This document shows, piece by piece, positions 49,347 through 59,689 of a stretch of DNA of 64,000 nucleotides. A program made the position numbers and the translations under genes. Origin of the DNA: Acidobacteriota bacterium (GTDB lineage Bacteria; Acidobacteriota; CAIWXX01); contig JBFMAF010000010.1 of the NCBI GenBank assembly GCA_040755995.1, forward strand, positions 288,001 to 352,000. The letters run 5' to 3'. The notes under the pieces were generated by a model. That model was given only the letters and a program-made list of their open reading frames with translations. It was not told where the DNA came from and searched no databases. Position 1 is the first letter of the stretch. Every line of letters starts with the position of its first letter.

Positions 49347-50858
49347 ATGCAGGTAGCATTCGGCCGGGGAACCTCCAAGACCAGCGGCAGGATATACACC
49401 GTCAGCGAGATCAACGAGGCAGCCCGCGCCACCATCGAAACCGCCTTCCCGCGCGTTCGCGTCGAAGGCGAAATCAGCGGATACAAACACTATCCCTCCA
49501 ATCATCGCTACTTCAGCCTCAAGGACGACAGAGCACAGCTCCGGTGCGCGCTCTTCGCGGGCCGCGCCCGTTATCTCTCGATCAAGCTCGCCGACGGCGT
49601 GCGCGTCATCTGCACAGGAACTCTCTCCATCTATACCCGCGACGGGCAGTTCCAGCTCATCGTGGAGTCAGTCGAACTGGGCGGCCTGGGCGTGCTGTGG
49701 CAGCGGCTGGAGGAGCTCAAGAAGAAGCTCCAGGAGGAAGGGCTTTTCGATCCGGCGCGAAAGCGCCCGCTGCCGCGCCTCCCGCAGCGCGTCGGTGTCG
49801 TGACCAGCCCCGAAGGCCAGGCGATCCATGACATCCTGAAGATACTCCGGAAGAGAGCGCCGCAGATCGCGGTGCGAATCTACCCGGTGAGAGTGCAAGG
49901 TGAAGGCGCCGCTGCGGAGATCGCCGAGGGAATAAGGTGGATGGGAGCCAGCGGCGGCTGCGACGTCCTCATCGCGGGCCGCGGTGGAGGGTCGATCGAG
50001 GACCTGTGGGCGTTCAACGAGGAGGTCGTGGCACGCGCTATCGCCGCCTGCCCGGTCCCGGTCATCTCCGCGGTGGGCCACGAGAAGGACGTGCTCCTCT
50101 CGGACCTCGTCGCCGACGCGCGCGCCCCCACCCCATCCGGCGCCGCCGAGATGCTCGCGCGGTCGAAGGAAGAGTTCGAAGAGCGCATCGCTCACCTGCG
50201 GCAGCAGCTCCTGAACCGGCTCGGTCAGGCGATCGCGACCAGGCGCGAGCGGCTCTTCAGACTGAAGGAACGCCCGGGCTTCCGCCGTCTCGCCGGAGAG
50301 ATCAACCAGCTGCTGCAGCGCGTCGAGAGCCTGCGGAACCGCATGGAGAGAAGCCTGCATGAGCGGCTCCAGCGCAATCTGAACCGGTTCGCCACACTCC
50401 GCCTGTCGCTCCAGCGCGGCAGTCCCGCGGCGATTCTGGAGCGCAGGGTGGAGAAGGTCCGATCGCTGTCCACTCTCCTGCCGATGCTCTGGAACAGCTC
50501 GCTGGATGCGCGCCGTCGGCGCGCCGAATCGCTCCGCAACCTGCTTCAGGCCAGACTGCCGCTCCGTTCGATCGCCCAGCACAGAGTGCGCGTCGCCAAC
50601 TGCGCCGGCCGGATTGGCATCCAGACGCAAACCACGCTCGACCGCCGCCGCTCCAGAATTGCGAGCGCCGAATCCCTGCTGAACGCCCTCGGCCCTTTCA
50701 AGGTCCTCGAACGCGGCTACAGCATCTGCTTCAAGGAGGGCGGGAACATCGTGATCAAGGACGCGTCGAGCGTCAAGAAGTACGAGAACATCACCGTCCG
50801 GCTGCACCGCGGCCGAATCGATGCGGTGGTCAAGAGCCGGGAGACTGAGGCTCCGTAA
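49347..50858 (+). CDS. xseA: Exodeoxyribonuclease VII large subunit
   Basis: VEGEISG, YFSLKD, GVVTSP.G.AIHD, GRGGGSIEDLWAFNEE, SAVGHE, TPSGAAE, LERGYS. Confidence 0.97.
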   Translation: MQVAFGRGTSKTSGRIYTVSEINEAARATIETAFPRVRVEGEISGYKHYPSNHRYFSLKDDRAQLRCALFAGRARYLSIKLADGVRVICTGTLSIYTRDGQFQLIVESVELGGLGVLWQRLEELKKKLQEEGLFDPARKRPLPRLPQRVGVVTSPEGQAIHDILKILRKRAPQIAVRIYPVRVQGEGAAAEIAEGIRWMGASGGCDVLIAGRGGGSIEDLWAFNEEVVARAIAACPVPVISAVGHEKDVLLSDLVADARAPTPSGAAEMLARSKEEFEERIAHLRQQLLNRLGQAIATRRERLFRLKERPGFRRLAGEINQLLQRVESLRNRMERSLHERLQRNLNRFATLRLSLQRGSPAAILERRVEKVRSLSTLLPMLWNSSLDARRRRAESLRNLLQARLPLRSIAQHRVRVANCAGRIGIQTQTTLDRRRSRIASAESLLNALGPFKVLERGYSICFKEGGNIVIKDASSVKKYENITVRLHRGRIDAVVKSRETEAP

Positions 50859-50882
50859 CAGACCCGCCGCCAAAGGAGGAAC

Positions 50883-51197
50883 ATGGAGAAGGAGATGACG
50901 TTCGAAGAGGCGCTCGTCCAGCTCGAGACGGTCGTCAAGAAACTGGAAAAACCTGATCTGCCTCTCGAAGAGAGCATCAAGCTCTTCGAGGAAGGGATGC
51001 GACTCAGCAGGCTCTGCAACACCAAGCTGGATCAGGCCCAGCAGCGCGTCGAGCTGCTCCAGAAGCAGGCGTCAGGCGAGATCAAACCGACCCCGTTCGA
51101 GGCGAAGAGCGTAAAGGAACCGGCGCCGCTCGTGGATGCCGAGCAGGCGACCCTGGATGACTACCTGGCGGACAGCGACGAGGAGACACCGCTTTGA
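50883..51197 (+). CDS. xseB: Exodeoxyribonuclease VII small subunit
   Basis: TFEEALVQLETVVKKLE..LPLEESIKLFEEG; AAGGAGG RBS. Confidence 0.95.
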   Translation: MEKEMTFEEALVQLETVVKKLEKPDLPLEESIKLFEEGMRLSRLCNTKLDQAQQRVELLQKQASGEIKPTPFEAKSVKEPAPLVDAEQATLDDYLADSDEETPL

Positions 51198-52090
51198 CGA
51201 AGGATCTGGACAACTACCTCTCGAGGCATCGCGCGCGGATCGAGACGGCGCTGAACGCCGCAGTCAGGCGGTGTGCCGGCGACGGCGGCGTCTCGGAAGC
51301 GATGCGCTACAGCCTGCTCGGCGGCGGCAAGCGGCTTCGCCCGATCCTCTGCCTGGCGGCCGCCGAGACGCTCGGTGCCCCAACCGGCGGCCTCCTGCGC
51401 TTCGCCTGCGGCATCGAGTGCATCCACAGCTACTCGCTCATCCACGACGACCTGCCCGCCATGGACGACGACGACCTGCGACGCGGCCGGCCGACCTGCC
51501 ACAAGGCCTTCGGCGAAGCGCTGGCCATTCTGGCCGGCGACGGCCTGCTGACGCTCGCCTTCGAACTCATGAGCGGCCCGGACGGCCGCCACGCGACACC
51601 CGCACTGCGGGCCCGCTATGCCCTGGCCCTCCGCGAGGTCGCCCACGCAGCCGGATACCGCGGGATGGTGAAGGGGCAGTCGATGGATATCTACTACAAT
51701 CGTCGTAAGGTTGACCGGGGCGTGCTGCGCGAGTTGCACCTGGCGAAGACGGCCGCGCTCATCGAGGCCTCGGTCGTCTCCGGCGCGATCCTCGCGGGCG
51801 CTTCGCCCCGCGATGCCGCGGCGCTCCGGCGATACGGGCGCTCCGTCGGCCTCGCCTTCCAGATCGTCGACGACCTGATCGACGTCGCGGGCGACGAGAA
51901 GCTCGCCGGCAAGCGCCTCCGCAAGGACGCCGACAAGGCGACCTATCCGGGCCTGTACGGTGTGGAAGGAGCTCGGCGTCTGGCGGCTCGCGAGACGGCC
52001 ACTGCGCTTCGCGCCCTGCAGACGATGCGGGCGCGGGAGACAGGTGTGCTGGCGGCGCTGGCCGAGCGCGCGCTCGCGCGACACGCCTGA
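51194..52090 (+). CDS. ispA: Polyprenyl (farnesyl) diphosphate synthase
   Basis: GGKRLRP, SLIHDDLPAMDDDDLRRG, GQSMD, FQIVDD; TTG start overlapping the xseB stop. Confidence 0.95.
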   Translation: MTKDLDNYLSRHRARIETALNAAVRRCAGDGGVSEAMRYSLLGGGKRLRPILCLAAAETLGAPTGGLLRFACGIECIHSYSLIHDDLPAMDDDDLRRGRPTCHKAFGEALAILAGDGLLTLAFELMSGPDGRHATPALRARYALALREVAHAAGYRGMVKGQSMDIYYNRRKVDRGVLRELHLAKTAALIEASVVSGAILAGASPRDAAALRRYGRSVGLAFQIVDDLIDVAGDEKLAGKRLRKDADKATYPGLYGVEGARRLAARETATALRALQTMRARETGVLAALAERALARHA

Positions 52091-52255
52091 CGGGGAGAAC
52101 CGGAGAAACGGGGAAGCGGGGAAACGGAGAAGCAGAGAACCGGAGAAGCGGAGAAACGGGGAAAAGCAGAACCGGGCACGGCGAGAAGCGGAGAAACGGC
52201 GAGCCGGCGAGGAGACGGGGATGCGGAGATGCGGAGACGCGGAGATGGGACACGG
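52091..52255. repeat. Purine-rich about 8-nt tandem repeat (CGGAGAAN/CGGGGAAN)
   Basis: More than a dozen degenerate units between ispA and tlyA. Confidence 0.8.
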
Positions 52256-52303
52256 GCGTCTTCCCAGAGGGCGTTTCGGAATGGGACTGAAGACGAGAGG
52301 ATA

Positions 52304-53161
52304 GTGGCCGCGACCTCCGCCCGCGCGCGCCTGGATGATCTCGTCGTGGCCCGCGGGCTCGCCGCCACACGCGCGCGTGCCCGCGCCATGATCATGGCGG
52401 GCGATGTGTCAGTCGATGGGCAGCCGGCCGCCAAGCCCGGCCAACTCTGCCGTCCGGACTGCGATGTGGCGCTGCGGACTCCGGATCACCCGTACGTCGG
52501 GCGGGGTGGGTTGAAGCTTGCGGGTGCGTTGGATCGTTTCGGGACAGAGGTGGCGGGGCTCGTTTGCGGCGACATCGGGGCGTCCACCGGCGGCTTCGTG
52601 GACTGCCTGCTGAAGCGGGGCGCATCGCGGGTGTTCGCAGTGGACACCGGAAACGTGCTGGACGACCGGGTGCGCAACGACCCCCGCGTCGTGTATCTGA
52701 AGAACACCAACGCGCGCTACCTAAAACCCGAGCACGTCGGGTGCCCCCTGGACCTCATCACGGTCGACGTCTCGTTCATCTCCGTAAGGAAGATCATTCC
52801 CGCCCTGATGGGGTTGTTGGCCCGCGATGGAAAGATGCTGGTGCTCGTGAAGCCTCAGTTCGAGATGGACCGGGCCTGGCGGGTGCGCGGATCGCGCGAT
52901 CGGAAGGGGATCGTCCGGGAACCGGAGACGCATCGCCGGGTGTTGACCGAGATATTCAGGTTCATGGAGGAATCGGGTTTGCGAATCGAGGGGCTCTGTG
53001 ACAGCCCCATTCTTGGGGCTCGCGGGAATCGCGAGTTCTTCCTACTCGCATCGAGATCCGGGACCGCAACGCCCCTCGCGAATCTCAGTGACCTGATCGA
53101 TCGCCTGCTGCGCTCGCCCGACCCGACTGCCATGCAGGAAGGGCGGCAGTATCGGCGTTGA
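52304..53161 (+). CDS. tlyA: TlyA-family rRNA 2'-O-methyltransferase
   Basis: S4 domain RLDDLVV.RGL; YVGRGGLKL, DIGASTGGF.DCLL, DVSFIS, LVKPQFE, GNREF. Confidence 0.93.
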   Translation: MAATSARARLDDLVVARGLAATRARARAMIMAGDVSVDGQPAAKPGQLCRPDCDVALRTPDHPYVGRGGLKLAGALDRFGTEVAGLVCGDIGASTGGFVDCLLKRGASRVFAVDTGNVLDDRVRNDPRVVYLKNTNARYLKPEHVGCPLDLITVDVSFISVRKIIPALMGLLARDGKMLVLVKPQFEMDRAWRVRGSRDRKGIVREPETHRRVLTEIFRFMEESGLRIEGLCDSPILGARGNREFFLLASRSGTATPLANLSDLIDRLLRSPDPTAMQEGRQYRR

Positions 53162-54017
53162 GCTGTCGCAACAGGTCGCTGTCTACCTCGTCCGCGCGCA
53201 TCGGCACGATCACGACATATCCCTGCCGGTCCAAGGCGGCGTCGGTGTCAGGTTGAAGCGGGTCGCTTGACCGGGGTCGCCCGGGTTTCCACGCCTCCTG
53301 TCCCGATGTGGAATCCTCGGCAGGGCTCCGGTCGAAGCTGAGACCCACCGGCAGGCCCGCGCGCCTGGCCACCCGCACGCCCCTGATCTCGGTCGGAGGT
53401 ATCGTTGGCACGCTGACGGTGAGGTACTGCGCCGGGCCCAGGCTGCGGACAATCTTGCTTCGGGCAAGCCGCACGGTAAAGTCCGCGACGGCCTCCAGGC
53501 TCCCCGGTATCTTCTCATTGAGCCCCGAAACGGCGATTGAGGGCACACCGGCCAGAGCGGCCACCCGCGCCGCCCCCACCGTTCCCGAGAGCACCCAATC
53601 GAAGCCCATGTTGGATCCGTCGTTGATGCCCGAGACGACCAGATCAGGCGGACGGTCTTTCAGGAAGCCCTTGAGAGCCAGCAGCACGCAGTCGGCCGGG
53701 TAGCCGTCCACACTCCACGCACGGATTCCATCTCCAATCGAACGCTGCTGGACTTTGATCGTAGTCCTGCCGAGCACCGAGAAGATAGTAGAGCTTCCGC
53801 TGCGGTTGTCCACGGGGGCTACGACCGTCGTCTCGGCAACCTTCGCGAACCCACGCGCCAGCGCATGGAGTCTCGGATTGTCGATCCCGTCGTCGTTGGT
53901 GATCAGCACTCTGGCGGGCCAGGGCGCGAGCGTGTTCTGCTCGATGCCCGCCTGCGCGAGCGCCAGCACCGGGACCAGCATCGAGACTATCATCAGACCG
54001 ATCGTCGTCGTTCTCAT
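53085..54017 (-). CDS. surE: SurE-family 5'/3'-nucleotidase with N-terminal signal peptide
   Basis: VLITNDDGI, GYPADCV, VVSGINDGSN, SGTVGAA; leader MRTTTIGLMIVSMLVPVLALAQA. Confidence 0.88.
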   Translation of the reverse strand: MRTTTIGLMIVSMLVPVLALAQAGIEQNTLAPWPARVLITNDDGIDNPRLHALARGFAKVAETTVVAPVDNRSGSSTIFSVLGRTTIKVQQRSIGDGIRAWSVDGYPADCVLLALKGFLKDRPPDLVVSGINDGSNMGFDWVLSGTVGAARVAALAGVPSIAVSGLNEKIPGSLEAVADFTVRLARSKIVRSLGPAQYLTVSVPTIPPTEIRGVRVARRAGLPVGLSFDRSPAEDSTSGQEAWKPGRPRSSDPLQPDTDAALDRQGYVVIVPMRADEVDSDLLRQLNADTAALPAWQSGRASAAGDRSGH

Positions 54018-54151
54018 CACTCCTCCCATCCTGCTCTCGCCACGAACCGAAGGAATCCTGCCACGTGGCGCGCTCCCCTATGTGAAACGTGCACGGATCG
54101 CCGTTCGAGCCGACTGGTCATCGCACCTTGGCGCGCTGTAGTTGGGCTTTG

Positions 54152-56083
54152 TCAGCCCGCGCCGCCCGGCACCACGAGGAGCGGCACGGAGATCCTGTGG
54201 CGCAGCTTGTCGACTGTAGTCCCGTGGACGAAGTCGCCCACGCCCCGGTGACCGTGGCTGCCGAGCACGATGAGATCCGGCTTGTGACCCGCGACCAGCT
54301 GCGCCAGCTGCTCGGCGGGCGCGCCGTAGCCGAGATCGTATGTGGATTCAACGCCGAGCTCCCCCAGCTCCGCGCAGTACAGCTCCAGCCGCTCCTTGTC
54401 CGCCTGCGACTCGCGGTCCTGCATCTCTTCGCCCATCACCCGGGCGCCTCCCGATTCGACCACATGAAACAACACCACTGTCACGCCCCGCCCGGTCCCG
54501 CGCGCCATCGCAACGGCGTGCGAGAGCACAGCCCCGTCGGCCGTCGAGAAATCGACGGCCGCTGCGATGTAGCGGAGTGCGCGAGGCGGAGTGACTGCCG
54601 GGACGCCCGCCGGCCCGTGCACGCCGGGTATCACGGGCGCTTCCTGGCCCCGCAGCCGCTGGATCACAGGAACAGCCGTGACGTAACCCAACAGAGCCAC
54701 AAGTCCCATGGCCAACGGCACAGCTGTCAACCAGATCACCAATCGACTGCCGCCGGCGGCACCTGCGATCCACGCGCTGACCTCCTCGTATGCCAGTCTC
54801 AAGTTGAGGAATGCGATGATGGCTGCGGCGATCCAGGCCGCTACCTGTACCAGTGGGCCGACGGTATGGCGCCCCATCCACCGCTTGTCCGAGGTGAGGT
54901 GGATCAGCGGGATCACGGCGAACGATAACTGCAGTGACAGCACGACCTGGGAGAGCACGAGCAGACTCCCGGTGGAATGCTCGCCGAAGCCGATGATCGC
55001 CACGAGCGCGGGGATGATCGCAATGGCACGGGTGACCAGCCGTCGCACGATTGGGCGCAGGCGCAGCTGCACGAAGCCTTCCATGACGATCTGCCCGGCG
55101 AGCGTCCCCGTGATCGTCGAGGACTGCCCCGAGGCAATCAGTGCGACGGCAAATGCAATCGGCGCCAGGTGAACCCCGACGATCGGTTCGAGCAGGTGGT
55201 ACGCATCCTGGATGTCCGCCACCTCGTGGAAGCCGGCACGGTAGAACGTGGCCGCCGCCATGACCAGCAGCGCAGAGTTCACGAAGAATGCGCCGTTGAG
55301 CGCGATCACGGAGTCGATCAGGTTGAAGCGCAGGCTGGAGCGAATGCCGGCGGGGGTGCGAAGGATGCGGCGCGACTGAACCAGCGCGGAGTGCAGGTAG
55401 AGGTTGTGCGGCATGACCGTCGCGCCGAGAATGCCCGTTGCGAGATATAGGGCCCCTTCGCCGGGCAGCGAGGGCGCGAAGCCCGTCACGATTTGCCCCC
55501 AGTCCGGCTTCGATAAGAGGATCTCGATGCCGAGGCAGGCGCCGATCGTTGTGACCAGCACGACGATGAACGCCTCCATCGTACGCATGCCGCGGTGGTG
55601 CAGGAGAAGCAGCATGAACGTGTCGAGCGCCGTGATGATGACGCCGATGACCAGCGGGATTCCGAACAGAAGGTGAATGCCGATCGCCGACCCGAGCACC
55701 TCGGCCAGGTCGCATGCCGCAATCGCAACCTCGGCAAGAATCCACAGGGCCGCCGAGGCGCGGCGGCCGAACATGGCGCGGCACGCCTGCGCCAGGTCCA
55801 TGCCGGCGACGATGCCGAGCCGCGCCGAGAGGCTCTGCAGCAACACCGCCATGAGATTCGACATGAGGAGCACCCACAGGAGCCCCGCGCCAAACTTGGA
55901 TCCTGCTGCGATGTCGGTCGCCCAGTTGCCCGGGTCCATGTAGCCGACGCTCACCAGGTACGCAGGCCCTGCGAATGCGAACAGTCGCCTCCAGAACGCC
56001 GGCTGCCGCGGAACCTCGACCGAGCCGTGCACCTCGGACAGGGACTGACTCCGAGCCTCGTCGCGCTTGCTTGGCTCTGCCAT
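54152..56083 (-). CDS. mntH: Nramp-family divalent metal transporter fused to a C-terminal USP domain
   Basis: YMDPGNWATD, MPHNLYLHS, QSSTITGTLAGQ; USP motifs AAVDFS, DLIVLGSHGHRGVGDFVHG. Confidence 0.95.
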   Translation of the reverse strand: MAEPSKRDEARSQSLSEVHGSVEVPRQPAFWRRLFAFAGPAYLVSVGYMDPGNWATDIAAGSKFGAGLLWVLLMSNLMAVLLQSLSARLGIVAGMDLAQACRAMFGRRASAALWILAEVAIAACDLAEVLGSAIGIHLLFGIPLVIGVIITALDTFMLLLLHHRGMRTMEAFIVVLVTTIGACLGIEILLSKPDWGQIVTGFAPSLPGEGALYLATGILGATVMPHNLYLHSALVQSRRILRTPAGIRSSLRFNLIDSVIALNGAFFVNSALLVMAAATFYRAGFHEVADIQDAYHLLEPIVGVHLAPIAFAVALIASGQSSTITGTLAGQIVMEGFVQLRLRPIVRRLVTRAIAIIPALVAIIGFGEHSTGSLLVLSQVVLSLQLSFAVIPLIHLTSDKRWMGRHTVGPLVQVAAWIAAAIIAFLNLRLAYEEVSAWIAGAAGGSRLVIWLTAVPLAMGLVALLGYVTAVPVIQRLRGQEAPVIPGVHGPAGVPAVTPPRALRYIAAAVDFSTADGAVLSHAVAMARGTGRGVTVVLFHVVESGGARVMGEEMQDRESQADKERLELYCAELGELGVESTYDLGYGAPAEQLAQLVAGHKPDLIVLGSHGHRGVGDFVHGTTVDKLRHRISVPLLVVPGGAG

Positions 56084-56151
56084 AGCGCCAGAGCATCCTC
56101 TACGGCCGCGGCCGTGTCAAGTGAGCAGTTGTCGACAGTTGTCGGCCGGCG

Positions 56152-57369
56152 TCAGGGATCAGCGAGCGCCGTCCGTATCCGTCGCCGGTTGTCAACTGAC
56201 GGCTCCGATGCCGCCGCTTGAGGCGTTGCAGGACGGCGCCGGCACTCGAAGGCCGGGAGGACGTAGACCTCCATCATGCGGCACAGCTCCCTATAGTAGG
56301 GAGTCGGCGTCGAAGCCTCTTCCCACCGCGACGCGAGCACGACCACGAGCCTCAGTTCCGGCACGACGAAGATAAACTGGCCGCCGTGACCCCATGCGGC
56401 CACGACGTCGTGCTGGGAGAGGCGGAAGAGCCACCACATGTAGCCCAGGCCGTTGAGATGAAACGGCGACCATAGACGTCCCGGATCGTACTGCAGAGAC
56501 AGGGCGGCATCGACCCACTCGCTGCCCAGCACCTGCCGCCCGCCGTACCGTCCTTTCTGCAAGAAGAGGAGGCCAAATCTGGCCATGTCGATCGGCCTGA
56601 GATAGAGGTTGTTACCACCGTGCGGAATGCCCTGTGGATCCCTCTGCCATTCTCGGACCGTGATCCCAAGAGGGTCGAAGAGGGTCCGGCGTGCGAAGTC
56701 AAAGGTGTTGCTCCCCGTGGCCCGTGTGATGGCGATCGAAACCAGGTGCATGTTGCCAGTGCTGTACTCGAAGACGCTGCCCGGCGGATGAAGCAGCCTC
56801 TTTCGCAGGACAAAGCCCGCCCAGTCAGGGCTGTCCTGCATCTGGTCGTTCCCGCCGGGACTGGCACACTCAAGGCCGGCGGTCATTGTGATCAGATGAC
56901 GGAGTGTGATCGAGGCTTTCCTGTCGTCGGCATCGCCGGGCAATTCGGGAGCGAAGAAGCGCCCGACGGTCTCGTCGATGCCGCGAACATGCCCCTCGCG
57001 GACGGCTGTGCCGAGGACGGCCGCCGTCACGGTCTTGGTGACCGACTTGACGTTGACTTCCCGGTCACGATCGAACCCGTTGAAGTACTTCTCGAACAGG
57101 AGGTGATTATCCCTGACGACCAGAAGCGCGTGGAGCCTGCCCAGGCGCGCACCCAGCTCGCCGGCCCCGGCCATCAAGTCCGAGTCATATTCGGAGGAGG
57201 AAGAACGGATGCCCTCATCGAGGATCAGGACGTCCGCCTTCTCTGTTGTCTGGGCGCGAGAAGGGACCTCCGGCACGCCCGTCCCTGTCGAGCAGCAAGA
57301 GCAGAGCAGCGCAACCAACGGGCTGACCCCGAGTAACGTCGGCCCTGTTCTCTTCATCATTCCTGCCAT
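56152..57369 (-). CDS. Beta-lactamase-family serine hydrolase, probable lipoprotein
   Basis: SVTK (SxxK), LRHLITMTAG, FEYST, LRPIDMARFG, WGHGGQ; LCSC lipobox-like sequence. Confidence 0.88.
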   Translation of the reverse strand: MAGMMKRTGPTLLGVSPLVALLCSCCSTGTGVPEVPSRAQTTEKADVLILDEGIRSSSSEYDSDLMAGAGELGARLGRLHALLVVRDNHLLFEKYFNGFDRDREVNVKSVTKTVTAAVLGTAVREGHVRGIDETVGRFFAPELPGDADDRKASITLRHLITMTAGLECASPGGNDQMQDSPDWAGFVLRKRLLHPPGSVFEYSTGNMHLVSIAITRATGSNTFDFARRTLFDPLGITVREWQRDPQGIPHGGNNLYLRPIDMARFGLLFLQKGRYGGRQVLGSEWVDAALSLQYDPGRLWSPFHLNGLGYMWWLFRLSQHDVVAAWGHGGQFIFVVPELRLVVVLASRWEEASTPTPYYRELCRMMEVYVLPAFECRRRPATPQAAASEPSVDNRRRIRTALADP

Positions 57370-57401
57370 TGCGCCTCCGTCAGCGCCGATCTCGACCATG
57401 G

Positions 57402-57935
57402 TCACTTCTGCTCGAACAGCCCCTTGTAGTATCGCCACACATAGGACTCCGGGATCTTGTCGACGGGGTATGATCCATGCATCTGAACGTGTACCCACTT
57501 GCCGTCCCGCTTCTCCAGCACGCCGGTCTGGAACACGTTTTCGATGCAGTACGGCTGGCCCTTGTACTCGCCGCAGTCATCCAGGAAGCACGAGTACCAC
57601 GCCACGTCTCCCGAACGAGAGAACGTGATTCGAAGATCCTTGAACTCGAAACGAGTCGCCTTGAACTCCGGATCCTTCCACTGCTCGGCATGCTTCCGGA
57701 AGGCCGTGATGCCGACGACCTCGCTGTCCGACGTGAGCCAGAAGTGGAACAAGTTCTCGTCGTTCGCCATTATGCTGAACAGGCGGTCGAAATCCTTGTT
57801 CAATGCCCAGCCGATGGAATCCTCGATGGTCTTCTTGACCGTTTCGTAGTCGGGCGAGACCGATTCCTCGGCTCGAAGGACGGACGACGGCAAGGACAGT
57901 AACATGAGCATGAAAGCCATGACCAGATCCTTCAT
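57402..57935 (-). CDS. Secreted NTF2/SnoaL-like protein
   Basis: Signal peptide; SGDVAW, TGVLEKRDGKWVHVQMHGS. Confidence 0.8.
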   Translation of the reverse strand: MKDLVMAFMLMLLSLPSSVLRAEESVSPDYETVKKTIEDSIGWALNKDFDRLFSIMANDENLFHFWLTSDSEVVGITAFRKHAEQWKDPEFKATRFEFKDLRITFSRSGDVAWYSCFLDDCGEYKGQPYCIENVFQTGVLEKRDGKWVHVQMHGSYPVDKIPESYVWRYYKGLFEQK

Positions 57936-58164
57936 CACTGCACCCTCCAAGCACAAGAGATCCTGAACACCAGCAAAGGAGCGCCCCGGACATTTCCCGC
58001 CCAGCTAGCTCAACTCTACTCTAACGCGCCGTCGTGCATCAAAGCCCGCATCTGCTTCGACGCGGGCGCGGCGCCCGGTCTCTGACACAGATGCGACACC
58101 GATCCGCCTGCGTGCTCGCGCAGTCGCAGCCAGAGCCGGCACGCGGGCGCAGCGTGTCTGTCTG

Positions 58165-58650
58165 TCAACCGAGAGCTGACAATTCTCTCGAGAAGATCAC
58201 CTTGTCGTCGCCCGGCCTGTAGAAGTCTCGAATCCGAGCGATCTCACGATATCCGTTTCTTTCGTAGAAAGCCCGCGTGCCGAGGTAGCCGCCCGTCGAG
58301 GATGTCTCGATCATGACCTTGCGCGCGCGCCGTCCGGCGAGCGATTCCTCCATGAACGTCAGGAGCGCCTTGCCGATTCCCTGTCCCTGCACCTCCTGCG
58401 AAACGGCGATCCAGTACAGGTCATACACACCTTGCGTGAGCGGCACAGGACCGTAGCAGATGTATCCCGCGATCCGTGCCGGCGGATCTTCTGCTATGTA
58501 GATCTCGTAATCGGTCTGCTCCGGCTTGCCGTTCGCGATGTCGATGAGCTCCAGAGCCACCGACACTTCCTGCTCGCTGAATACCCCCGTTCCCCGGAGA
58601 ATCCGCTCGATCGGGTCTCTATCCGACGGCCGCAGCTTCCTGATACTCAT
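58165..58650 (-). CDS. GNAT-family N-acetyltransferase
   Basis: LYWIAV...QGQGIGKALL, IETSS, RAFYERNGY. Confidence 0.92.
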   Translation of the reverse strand: MSIRKLRPSDRDPIERILRGTGVFSEQEVSVALELIDIANGKPEQTDYEIYIAEDPPARIAGYICYGPVPLTQGVYDLYWIAVSQEVQGQGIGKALLTFMEESLAGRRARKVMIETSSTGGYLGTRAFYERNGYREIARIRDFYRPGDDKVIFSRELSALG

Positions 58651-59689
58651 CGATGCTGGTGCGAGCCATCGCGTATGTGACAATCCGCTCGATGAGCTGC
58701 GTGTAGCTCATGCCAGCCACCTTCGCCGATCGCGCCAGGCCGGCCTTCGGAGAGATGTCCGGATTCGGATTGACCTCGATGACATACGGTGTGCCGTCCG
58801 TTGACAGCCGCATGTCCACGCGCCCGTAGTCGCGCACGCCGAGTGCCCGGTACGCAGTCACCGCGACCTTGCGAATTCGATCCGCTGTCTCCAGAGGCAG
58901 GTTGGCGGGGCAGATCGGCACGGTTCCCTGGTAGTAGTCGCTGTTCACCTTCCACTTCGCCTCGTACGCAACGATCCTGGGCAATCGCGGATTGAGCGAG
59001 CTGAAATCGATCTCGGAGATGGGCAGCACCTCCGGCTCGGTCTCCCCGAGTATCGCAACGTTGAACTCCCGCCCGTCCACATACTCTTCGACCAGCGCCG
59101 GCTGAGCGTACGTCCGCACGATGTGATCCACCTGCGCCCGCAGCTGCGTGAGATCGTGAACCACCGAGTCCTTGCTGATGCCGAGACTGCCGTCTTCGCG
59201 GCTGGGCTTCACGATCATCGGAAACGGCACGCCGCGCGGCCTGTCTTTCGGAATCGCCGGCAGCACGGCGAACTTCGGATAAGGCACGCGGTGGTACAGG
59301 AGTATCTCTCGCGCACGCCCCTTGTGCAACGCCAGGCCGATCGTGATCGGCGGCGAGCCCGTATAGGGAATGCGAAGCACTTCCAGCGCCGCAGGCAGGC
59401 ACATCTCCAGCGTGCTGTCACCTTGCAGCGATTCGCACAGATTGAAGATGAACAGCAGCTTGCGTTTGGTGAGCTGCGCCAGCAACGACTGCAGGTCGTC
59501 CCAGACCTCCACTACCATCGGATGATAGCCCAGCTCCACCAGGCACTCGCGGATCGCGTCCACTTCGTCACGTACCGCGATCTCGCTCAACAGCTCGCGA
59601 TCCTCGCCCGTGAGCTGATCCGTCAGAATCTTGTTCGCAACGATCGCGCAGTCGGGGGCCTTCAGGGGACGATACCGTAGCGTTCGCAT
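58619..59689 (-). CDS. D-Ala-D-Ala-ligase-like ATP-grasp protein (second)
   Basis: FNLCES, IPYTGS, IVKP.REDGSLGI, EEYVDGREF, YEAKW, GRVDMR, EVNPNP; GGAGG RBS before ATG 59689. Confidence 0.9.
   Translation of the reverse strand: MRTLRYRPLKAPDCAIVANKILTDQLTGEDRELLSEIAVRDEVDAIRECLVELGYHPMVVEVWDDLQSLLAQLTKRKLLFIFNLCESLQGDSTLEMCLPAALEVLRIPYTGSPPITIGLALHKGRAREILLYHRVPYPKFAVLPAIPKDRPRGVPFPMIVKPSREDGSLGISKDSVVHDLTQLRAQVDHIVRTYAQPALVEEYVDGREFNVAILGETEPEVLPISEIDFSSLNPRLPRIVAYEAKWKVNSDYYQGTVPICPANLPLETADRIRKVAVTAYRALGVRDYGRVDMRLSTDGTPYVIEVNPNPDISPKAGLARSAKVAGMSYTQLIERIVTYAMARTSIDEYQEAAAVG

Noticed and set aside
54348..56096. 582-aa alternative-frame ORF
   Set aside because: Arg/Gly/Ala-rich frame overlapping the clearly recognisable mntH.
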